Source: Asterionella formosa
Taxonomy: Eukaryota
DNA length: 44,633 bases
Assembly: GCA_002256025.1 (NCBI GenBank)
Contig: NKIB01014337.1
Location: 1-44,633, forward strand
Direction of reading: 5' to 3'
This document shows, piece after piece, positions 1 through 9,384 of the stretch. Positions within the stretch are counted from its first letter, which is position 1, and each line of letters opens with the position of its first letter. The notes under the pieces were generated by a model. The model was not told the origin of the DNA. It saw only the letters and a program-made list of their open reading frames with translations, and made no database searches. Made by a program: the position numbers and the translations under genes.

Positions 1-151
1 CCCCCCCCCCCCCCAGAGGGCCTTAGACCTGCTTGTTGTCTGCCTCGCCACCCGGAACCCAAGGGACTTCATAAACAAAGGAGGTGGAGAATGCGGGAAT
101 CGAACCTGCCACTTTGCTTGGAAGGTGAGCTAGCCAACTAAGCTATTTCCC
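1..151 (-). mobile_element. tRNA-derived SINE, family 1 (3' part cut by window edge)
   Basis: Minus strand reads GGGAAAT-AGCTTAGTTGGCTAGCT...GCAGGTTCGATTCCCGC-ATTCTCCA: Pol III A and B boxes, acceptor/D/T arms, no proper anticodon arm. The following body is nearly identical to 15521-15597. Confidence 0.85.
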
Positions 152-449
152 GATAATTTCCCAGTATATGTGCCGAACACTGGGCAACTCAGTGTAGAAT
201 TATTTGAGCGACAAGATATCATACTATGCCAGCCAGAGACATGAAAATATTTGAAAGTATACATTACTGTATGTTCATATGAAACAAAAAATGATTGTTT
301 TATATGACCAATAGGAATTGCAGACACATGGCCAAAATTTTGCTAAAATTTTGAAAGTATAAATTACTTAATGATCATGTAAATCAAAATATGACGGTTT
401 TATTTAATCAATATGCATTACTTTGATATCTTCTGTACACTTTACTATA

Positions 450-725
450 GACCAATACAGGGTCGACCTTGAATTGCAAAAAATCATCTTGTATTGGAAC
501 TCATACCCTTTTATTAGGACTTGACTTAGTACAGCCGAAACCCAATCAGGGGTGACCTTCGATTGCAAAATTGAGCCCCCTTGTATTAGGAAGTAAACAG
601 AGGCCAATACATGGAATACCTTGTATTGGATGATGTTCTCACTGCAAATAAAGTAGGACCTTGAATTGGAGTGAAACCTAGCCTGCAAATGTTTTCACCT
701 TGTATTGGACTTGACATACCGACCT
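450..725. repeat. Cluster of CTTGTATT(A)GGA / CCAATACA and GACCTTGAATTG motifs, probably a transposon subterminal region
   Basis: The motif recurs about 6 times in both orientations within 280 bp. Confidence 0.5.
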
Positions 726-1064
726 TTCGTTAACATCATGCCAAAAAAGGTTTTTTTACAGAAATAAATCAAGGAGTTGTCTATATCTAAATGCAGCTAT
801 TCGAAGCGAATTGACGAAAATCGCCAATCAACAGGTTCAAGCACCACTTCGTCGAACAACCAACTTGTTTCACTCAAAGCATCAAATGTCATATAAAAGA
901 AGCGCCCCAACAGCAATGCCATATACGAAATCAAGGAAAAGATTTCTTTCACAAAGCCCTGTTGTCGGTAGATTTCTACGTCTGTAAATAAAAAACCGTT
1001 AGGCCTAACAGTTTTGCTGTAAGACCCACTGCCCCAAAAATTCTCAGTATGACAGACCATTTTT

Positions 1065-1140
1065 TGATTGATCATACAAAAAAATTGAGTGATCATACAA
1101 AAATACTGATTGATCATACAAAAAAACTGATTGATTGATT
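1065..1140. repeat. ~21-bp tandem repeat (TGATTGATCATACAAAAAAA) x3-4
   Basis: Read directly; a related motif occurs at 4324-4337. Confidence 0.8.
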
Positions 1141-1699
1141 AATATTATAGCATTGATCTTACGTATGCTTAGCATAGATCACATGCATATTTTGTAATAT
1201 CTAATCGATTGCATTTGTAACATTAATAACGAATCACATTTAGTGCACACTCATCATATATATGCTTATGATCAATACAGCACTCTCACTCTTATTATCA
1301 ACCAACGTTTTGGTGTTCGATCTAAAGATAGTAATCGTGAGATCAAATCAGTTATTCATTCGGTCTAACCTTTGGAATGCTAATATCAAATAGAATTTTT
1401 AGCTTTCGATCTAACGTTCATTACTCAAACCTATTATCATGTTTGATCAATGATGCACACAAATCGAATTAAATGGATTGCTATTTAATACTCAAATATT
1501 CTACTTCTGGTCACCCATACTTTCCACTGTGCGTCCTCTATCAGAATGAGCACACAGTGGTCTTCAATACCTTAATTTTCACTTCCGGTAGCTATGTTTA
1601 GATCATTGCCTTTTCAAAATGAAATGAGAGAGTAAACGAAATTGATGATGTTTTAATCGAGCCTCTACCATTGCGAATGGCAGCAAGCCACATTCTCCA

Positions 1700-2311
1700 A
1701 TGTTCTTATACGACTTTCCTGTAAGAGATAATAATAACAATGTTAGCAAAACTGTTGCATCAAGTAAGCAAGGCAGCCATCTAAACGTATATACTTTCCT
1801 GAGTGTTCGCGGTAAATTTCTATTTAACAGCACCCTGAACAATTTTCAGTATCTGGATGAAGATACTGATATTCCTGAACAGTTCCTTGACGCCACTACC
1901 TATGAAGAATTTTTTTGATTGGCTGATCTGCAAAAGGGACGCAATAACCTTAATGGAAACAGTTCATGCCGAGTCAATGGGTTGACGTTTTGCTGGAATG
2001 ATGAGACACTGAAGTACTACAGGGAGCTTCTTGTTGATATTGAACAACAGAACGTAATCGAAAAGGAACGAGTATCAAACAGTGAAGGTAAGCCAGACAT
2101 TGAAGGTAGGCAAGACTATTTTCGTTTTCAAGAGTTGACAACGCATGACTGGGATATTTACAATCAGAAGCAAAAAAAGTTTGTAAGGAATGATCCCATA
2201 CATTCGGATACATCCAAGATCGTAAATTCTACCAACCTCCTTGACTTTGAAGAAGAGGATGAGGAACTTGGCGATAGTAGTTGGCGGCCATTCAAACATT
2301 TCACAAAATAA
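1700..2311 (+). pseudogene. Unknown, probably TE-borne protein with one in-frame TGA
   Basis: ORFs 1700-1918 and 1919-2311 are contiguous in one frame. The product has an acidic C-terminus and a 'CWNDETLKYYRELL' segment. Confidence 0.45.
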
Positions 2312-2610
2312 AACATGTTATCTTATAAATAGTAATTAATAGCGTTCAATTACATATAAAACATTCCTTATCTGAACCTTCAATCACAAATTTCATAAAT
2401 TAGTCCATCCTGTTCCATCATGTTGCACTAAGAACGACGAAAACTTTTGACTACGACCACCACAACAGTGCCTCCAACCAAAAACCCAGAAACTGAACAA
2501 GAACTTAGATGGTTTGAATGGCTGGAGTCACTTAGAAAAGATGTCGAAAGTAGTATGAGCATAAACTAAGTAAAATTACTAGGCACCAACATCTATGAAT
2601 AAAATTTCCA

Positions 2611-2923
2611 CATTCCCATCTTTCCCTTGTTTCAATACCCGGTTGGAACATGACGTGACGGTACCTATTACTACACCGGTACTGTGAAACTTTAGGTTTG
2701 CCCTACCTGCATTCCCTTTTTCCCCTTCTCTCAATAGCCGGTCGGAACATGACGTGGTGGCTACAGTGAAACTGTACCTATTACTACGCTTGTACTGTGA
2801 AACTGTAAGTTTGCCCTACCAGCATTCCCTTCTTCCCCTTGTTTCAATACCCGGTCGCAACATGACATGGCTACAGTGAAACTGTATCTATTACAATGCT
2901 GGTACTGTGAAACTGTAGGTTTG
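2611..2923. repeat. ~100-113-bp tandem repeat x3
   Basis: Units start at 2611, 2710 and 2823 (CATTCCC...CCGGTCGGAACATGAC...GTACTGTGAAACTGTAGGTTTG). Related inverted units lie at ~6381-6567. Confidence 0.9.
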
Positions 2924-3334
2924 AAACGCCCCAATAACGGAGAAGTTTATAAACATCATTGGACTCATTTCGACAACCATTAATGCTGTACGACATTGGA
3001 ATCAGCTATTGATTGAATAAAGGTTCTGGTACCCTCATAAATATTTTACACTTCTTTGGAGTGGCGAGAACATATGTGTGGGACAAGCTACACTACGTAT
3101 ATATAAGCTATATAAATATAGTAGTGGTCACTTTGTGGAAATTATATGTGTGGCAATGGGGTTAGGCTGTCCTATGTAGTGCCTCTGATGTTGCCGATAA
3201 AGAGATTTCTTAAAACAATGGGATAGTACAATGTTATTAAGCAAAGTTACAATTGTTATTTCGAACCCCCTGCTATTCAAGGTTCATGTGATGCTACTAT
3301 TTCCTGAATGAAATGAAGCTACTTCCTGATTAGT

Positions 3335-3720
3335 AATGTTGCGGCTCTAATTCTGCAGCATACAAACGTGCTCGCCAATAGCTAGTCAATGAGAATGGAA
3401 GACCCATGATTAAGGCCATGAGCAACAACCTACGCCGCCATCTGGTCCATCTTCACTTTGATCCACATCTCATCTTGAAGAACGGATTCGAAATACGGAT
3501 CGATGTTCGCAATGGGCGAATTATGATCAAAAGGTACTATCTTCTTGATTTCGGTTGGAATTGGAACCGGGTATGGCCTTCAATGCATCGTTCTCCAATT
3601 CTGTCGTATAAATTGACCAAAGCTTTCGATTTCGAGTAACAAACAAACAATCAAACTTCGCCAGCATAATTCCCCATCAATATCGAGACCATATCATTCG
3701 TTATAAGACTGTGATCATCG
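3335..3720 (-). pseudogene. Paralog fragment of the N-terminal domain of the 41.6-43.5 kb dioxygenase gene
   Basis: Translates across a frameshift as NYAGEV*LFVCYSKSKAL...KKIVPFD...YFESVLQDEMWIKVKMDQMAA*VVAHGLNH, matching NYAGEIGQFVCYTKAKAL...KKIVPWD...YFKSVLEDEVWIKIKIDQIAAQFAAHGLNH of ORF 42811-43362. Confidence 0.85.
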
Positions 3721-4032
3721 TTGTCCCCGCAAGAAGGTAGCTTGTAAGGGATTCAACGAACGCACATGGCTTGTAAGAAATTCGATTACTGATATGCGAA
3801 TGGAGAGATAATGACGAATACTACCGGTACAAGAATTGGATCAAAGCATGTACCGGTAGAGCATTCAAATCGGAATGGCAACAAGGAATGCACCGTTGTT
3901 GCACAGAATTCATTCTAATAGCATCGTTTGGTACAAGGTTACATACACGTAAGGTGATCTGTGTCAAGTCATAACCTTCGCAAAAACAATAATTGATCAA
4001 TGAGCAACAGCTATTGATCAATCAAACAATGT

Positions 4033-4390
4033 ATCAATATATCAAAGCATTTGGTTAGCATAATAGTTTTGATAAATAATATATATGACTTCTATCTACT
4101 ATGTGTAACCTGACGTGTGTAAGAAAATAATCTGACAAACAAATTTGATTGACCACACCAACACGGTCATTGATACATCAAAATTATCATCAACATAACA
4201 CAACATTTGATCAATATATCAACAATTTGGTTAACCGATTAGATTTGGTAACTTATGCATACGAATTCTTATATACGCATAACCTAGCTAACGTGTGTAT
4301 GCTAGTAACCTAACGTATGAGTTTGATTGATCATACAGACACTCCCATTGATATATCAAAATTATCATCGACATGTCAAAATATTTGAAT
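4033..4390. repeat. Diverged ~180-bp tandem duplication
   Basis: ATCAATATATCAA...TTTGGTTA...ACGTGTGTA...TTTGATTGA...CATTGATA(C/T)ATCAAAATTATCATC occurs twice. Confidence 0.75.
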
Positions 4391-5060
4391 AATCAATCAG
4401 TTTTTTAACGTGTGCTGGCTGAGTAAAACGTTTGATCTAATGGAAAATCTATTCACAGATGTATTCATATGTACTAGTTATCGACTGGATCAGTAATCAT
4501 AAACAAAAGAGTCATTTTGAAAATGTCAATGGACTATTAATTGATATTACTTAAATAGAGAGTCAAAAATTTTTGCTTTGGCCTACAGATTACCGTAGTG
4601 TAGAGTGTTGCATACTGTGAAAGTGCCAAATCTGTTTGTATCACCATTGTTCTAAATTGCGCATCTATAAATGACATGAAAAATTGCGCCTTTGGCAACT
4701 TCCCCTTTTGTTGTAAATATTAGTGTTATTAAAATAATTCTTTTACGATTGTTTTGTCTATGTCATTTTCTTACATGTATCAGTCAGCAAATTCTAGTTG
4801 TTTTCAGCGGGTTCTGAATGTAGAAAGAGATGATTCCTATTTGTATTCCAAAGCTACATCTAAGCCGTGTATTACTACATGAAGTGACCATCACGTAAAT
4901 TAGCCTAGTTGATTTTGAATTGATCACATGAATTGGTTGAATACATCAAAATGCTTACTTGAATACATCTATTATTATCTGAATACATCACATTAATTAT
5001 TTGATCAGAGTATCATGCATGCATTCCTGATCATCACTATATTACGTGATCACCTTCACA

Positions 5061-5153
5061 TAATTATTTGAAATACTTCACGTAATTATTTGAAATACTT
5101 CACGTAATTATTTGAAATACTTCACATAATTATTTGAAATACTTCACTTAATT
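5061..5153. repeat. 22-bp tandem repeat TAATTATTTGAAATACTTCACG x4
   Basis: Units at 5061, 5083, 5105 and 5127, with degenerate TTCACGTAAT copies on both sides. Confidence 0.95.
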
Positions 5154-6578
5154 CTGTAATTTAGTTCACATTGCCTTATAATTTTATTCACGTAATTCTA
5201 TAATATAGTTCACGTAATGTTTTAAATTTGTTTACGTAATTTAAAAGTACAATCAAATATGTTGATTTCTAATTCAACTGCCGGTATTTCACATTACATG
5301 GGAAACAAATCTCGATATGCAATCAAACAAAGCAGTACTTTCAGAATGGCATCTTCAGTCTTGAGAAGGCAGGCATCATGAGATGTCTGTAAGGACAATG
5401 CAAGACAAACAGAAACCGTTCATTCTGAATGAAAAGATTATTCATTCTTGAAAAGGCATCATGGTGCGAAATCGCAACAGGAATGTATCACACTGGCTTC
5501 CTCCTTGTCCTTGAAATGACTTCTTCATTGACCTGCAAAGATTTACAAAAGAACAGTGTGTCAGTAATTCATTTAATAGAACTAGCAACAGCAGAAAGCA
5601 ACACACACATGTGCTATTCAACTGTTTCACGGAGCAGTCAAATTGACAGCAGAACACCGGCATTAGCCAGCCACCAGGCAGCACCGCAACTCACTGATGC
5701 ATTAAAAAAGATGCTCCTGTTGTGAAATGGACGGCTAAAATGTAAAATAAAAAACATTTGATTTCTCGCTCGCTTTGCTGATACAATTATGAAAACTGAA
5801 GATTAAGCTCACCTTGAAGGCCTCCATTGCGGGTCTCCATATTGTGTCATTTCATCTGCTATCACTCATACTTTCCAAAGAACACTGCTTTTCTGAAAAG
5901 GCCTGTTCAAATGTCAAATGAACGTTGAAAACAAAAGCATGACATATCATGAGTTATCCCTTGCTTGGTAATATAATAGCAAAAACAGCAAGCAAATAAA
6001 TCTTACCTTAAAAGCATCAATTGCTTACGATCTCAATGTTGTGTCATTCCACCTTCTATTGTTTCAACAAACAATATGTGAGTTCTTGGCTGATGTAAAT
6101 GGTGAGGCGCTGAAAAGCTAGAAGGGGATGCTGCTTTTAAGGGTCGTCCCCATGTTGAAAACAGTGGTGGTTAAATGTTGTCTTTATGAATTCAGAGGGT
6201 CAAAAATCCTGGCGCAGCCATGACTTCATCTTTGTACCAACAGAACCTACAATCTACATGAAAAAACCTGGCGCAGTCTTACTTCGTCGAGAAAAATTTT
6301 GATGCTACAAGTGTGACCTTAAACAAATATCGGTATGACAAGAAGGAGAGGACACAGCCAGTGGTTACTCTTAATATATTCACAGTACGAACGCCAGATT
6401 CTATTGTAATAAGGGGAATACGGGAAGCAATGCTGGTAGTGCAAACCTACAGTTCCACAGTATGCACGTAGAAATGAGTACAGTTTCTCAGTACGAACGA
6501 AATAATTCCTATTGTAAGAAGAAGGGAAAGACGGAAATACTGGTAGGGCAAACCTACAGTCTTACACTTGAAACGATG

Positions 6579-6800
6579 ACCTGGTACCTACCAGCCAGGA
6601 GTACCTGGTGGTACCATACAGTATACAGTATAGCTATTTGTTAGTATGTCTGAGCGCAACGTCAAAAGACCCAAGGTACAAGGTACCAGGTAACAGGTAC
6701 TCCCCTGTTACTAGCCCTGGTACCGGTAGTATGTATCATAGTAGCCCTGAGTAGGCCTTGTATACCGGTACCTGGTCCCAGGTACCAGGTACCATACCTA
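6579..6800. repeat. Cluster of GGTACC / TACCAGGTA / TACCGGTA / TACAGTA palindromic motifs
   Basis: Read directly; similar clusters occur at 24366-24385, 26847-26890, 27149-27375 and 43581-43702. Confidence 0.85.
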
Positions 6801-8047
6801 CTATTCATTAGCTGAGGTCAACACACTCAGCGTCACGATGCCATTCCAGACATATTCACAATACACCAGGTATGTTATCCATATATTTTGTATCTTCAGA
6901 ATTCATACGAAATATAGTTTATGTAAAAGAATAAGAGAATTCATATTGGATGCTGACAATATCGATGGTAAGGATGATTGTTGATATGCTTCATGCACCC
7001 ACTTGCCGACAACCACATCACTTCGATTTTCTCCATCAATTCACGCCCAATAGCACTCCGAAGATTTGCAGTCGATAACACGCACTAATTCGAATAGATA
7101 TTTAGTTTAGCATTTCAAATTCAACATTAAATGTTTCATTCCGTACCTGTTTTGTCCTCATTAGGGTTTGTTGTTGCTTGCATCCTCACAAATCATGTCG
7201 CGATATTTCTCGAGATCCATTTCGTTCCGTTTTTCTCAATCAATTCAGGGCAGATTGCATTCAAACAATTTGTAGTGAAGTCTTCTTTCGCAATGATTTA
7301 TCCTCTAAAAAATTCATCTTGAACTTTTAAAATGTTTTGTTGTAAAATCAACTAGTCCTGCCTTGGAAATAACTGTATGATTGTGAACCACCAGCCATCA
7401 CATGAAACCACGATAAGTAATCTTGTTCAGCAAAACAGTAAATATTATTTACGTGAAGTGCACAACCATAAACTGTACCTGTTAGCATGAATTAAGACAC
7501 CACAAATATCCTTACTATTTCACAAAGGAATCTGCCTGTCGTAAATGAATTAGCCACGAGAGCAGGGTCTTAGTTGAACTTTGAAATGAATTATTTGAAA
7601 CATCAACTAATTCAGTCTCGAGTTCAAAGTTTTTTGTGAAATCTTCACATGAAACCGTTAAAAGTAACCTTTTCTCCGGGAAGAGTGGCATTAATTCATG
7701 TGAAGTACCACATAATTAACACTCCTACGTAGAAAAAATTTCGAAAAGTGGCGTATTTCGCGGCTTAGATGTAGAAGATGGTCGGTTTGCTGAATCGTTT
7801 CATCAGTCAGCAAATCCGAGTCGTGTTCTGAGACTGATTCTGCCAATCATCATCGATCAATAATAGTAATGTTTTCCTAAATTACTTAAGGAATATATTT
7901 TTCATCAACAGCTGGCCTATCTCGGCTGGCAGGCATGGGATGGATCACTGGGAGTGAGTCGAAACTGAAAAGGTGCACATAAAATGTGCGCCACCACCTT
8001 CTAGATGACAAGTTCTTCATGTGTATACTGGCATGTTATACATTAGT

Positions 8048-8235
8048 AAATTTGATTTTGTACTGCTGCAGTAGGGGGTCAATGATTCATCATCTCTGTC
8101 TTGACCATGATGAACTGACCAGACTCATTATCTCCACGAATATTGACATTGAATCATTCCTATTTTGCACATATATCTAGCCTAACATGGACAAGATAAT
8201 TGTTCAATTTTTTCTTTGCTATCAACAACAAAAGC
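8048..8235 (+). pseudogene. Fragment of TE accessory 'ORF-A' (copy 1 of 3)
   Basis: Nucleotide similarity to 22806-23150 and to the reverse complement of 39140-39395; translates as YCCSRGSMIHHLCLDHDE...TNIDIESFLF. Confidence 0.7.
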
Positions 8236-8456
8236 ATATCATACTTTGGTTGCTCCAAACATCATGTTCAAATTTTATTGATATTATATGTTACAATCAT
8301 TCTCATGTGTTTGATGCTTGTTTTACCATCACCAATGCCACATGATATGCATCTGTAAAAACTGTTAGGCCTACCAGTAACACATTTGCTCTTTTGTTGA
8401 CTGCTCCAAAATTATCACAGTGTGTCATTAAAATTAATGCACCACATATTTTCGGT

Positions 8457-8509
8457 TATCAGTGACAACAGAAATGATACTCACCTGAATTTGTCTGTTG
8501 TCACTGATA
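8457..8509. repeat. Perfect 16-bp inverted repeat with 21-nt spacer
   Basis: TATCAGTGACAACAGA (8457-8472) / TCTGTTGTCACTGATA (8494-8509). Confidence 0.85.
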
Positions 8510-9150
8510 CCATTTTTGGACTCCCAAAAACAATATCAATTTGGAATCGAAGGTACTAGCTAGGTTGAAAAAATCTAGGATGATTTGAGTTAGGGTAAAC
8601 AGCATTCCACCAATGTACATGTCGTCAATATTATACAGAACATACAATTAATAAGGTGGAATGGAATATTTGGAAAGGTAAAAGTTCTATGTAATGAACT
8701 TTTCACAGGCATGTCGTTGCCATTGGAGCTGCCGACAATGTAAGTAAAACAATATTCTATATGTGTTATGAAGTAAAAAATGATTGAATGATCAGGAACA
8801 GACCATGATCATTACTTGCTTAGCTATCTGTTTGAAAGTTTGGACAAAAGATCCAGGATCTAACTGATCTGAAATAAGTGGAGTTGAATTCATTGTTAAT
8901 CGATTTCTAGTTTTATAAGCTCACAATAAATAAGGAAGCAAAACGTTGCTGTCTACATTTGACTTGTCTAAAAAGAAAGACTATATCATACAGTGTGTAC
9001 AAACGTCTACTGCTACTGGTGTAAGGAATTTCACACTAGGTACTGTATTTATACCGTCAAGTTACTGTAACTGATACCATGTTTTGACATATCGGTACCA
9101 ACAACTGTCATTCTTCGCAACCCGGAAATGATACATGATAAGAACGACTT

Positions 9151-9322
9151 TGAAGACACGACTGAGGGTGGCGGCTGCCTGCGAGTATTCCTGTGTTCGA
9201 GGATTGGGAGGCGCGAGTAGGTTTACCTAACGAGCGGCGGCGGTTCTCGGGCCACCCAGCCTCGAACACATGTACCGGTATACTCGCAGGCATGAGACCA
9301 CCTCGGGCGTGTATTGCCTTCA
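9151..9322 (+). ncRNA. Long GC-rich hairpin; candidate structured RNA or APC1 5' UTR element
   Basis: Nested helices 9156-9171/9298-9312, 9176-9188/9280-9292 (13 bp perfect), 9192-9202/9260-9270 (11 bp perfect) and 9204-9217/9246-9259, including U-G wobble pairs on the + strand. Confidence 0.5.
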
Positions 9323-9384
9323 GCACGACCATCAAGAGGAAAAGCATACCAACCTCAACTCTTATTTCAGACTTGGACAACACC

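Larger units (their letters stand above)
977..4463. mobile_element. Putative decayed TIR element with TGATCA-rich subterminal regions and two convergent gene remnants
   Basis: 977-1018 (TACGTCTGTAAATA...CCGTTAGGCCTAACAGTTTTGCT) imperfectly matches the reverse complement of 4422-4463. Both ends carry TGATTGATCATAC-type repeats. No TSD was found. Confidence 0.4.
4854..7774. mobile_element. Non-autonomous TIR DNA transposon (2.9 kb), CACTA/CMC-like architecture
   Basis: Perfect 14-bp TIR CTACATCTAAGCCG (4854-4867 / 7761-7774), flanked by an AAG direct repeat (4851-4853, 7775-7777). It has subterminal 22-bp repeats, and its right end recurs at 44506-44633. Confidence 0.85.

Noticed and set aside
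1..14. Poly-C as a telomere or G-quadruplex feature
   Set aside because: It corresponds to the G-run inside the SINE body (compare 15592-15597), expanded at the window edge.
85..151. Functional tRNA gene (also 15455-15521, 20013-20074, 17803-17912)
   Set aside because: No canonical anticodon arm, mismatched stems, and each is attached to a repeated body; these are SINE heads.
5061..5153. CRISPR array (also 27431-27642 and 2611-2923)
   Set aside because: Head-to-tail repeats with no unique spacers, no cas genes, and a eukaryotic context.
9151..9322. SRP RNA, telomerase RNA or TPP riboswitch
   Set aside because: No helix-8 GNRA/SRP54 motif, no CCCTAA-type template longer than one repeat, and no TPP core. 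The Alu-like GGTGGCG..TGCCTG is engaged in long-range pairing and probably coincidental.
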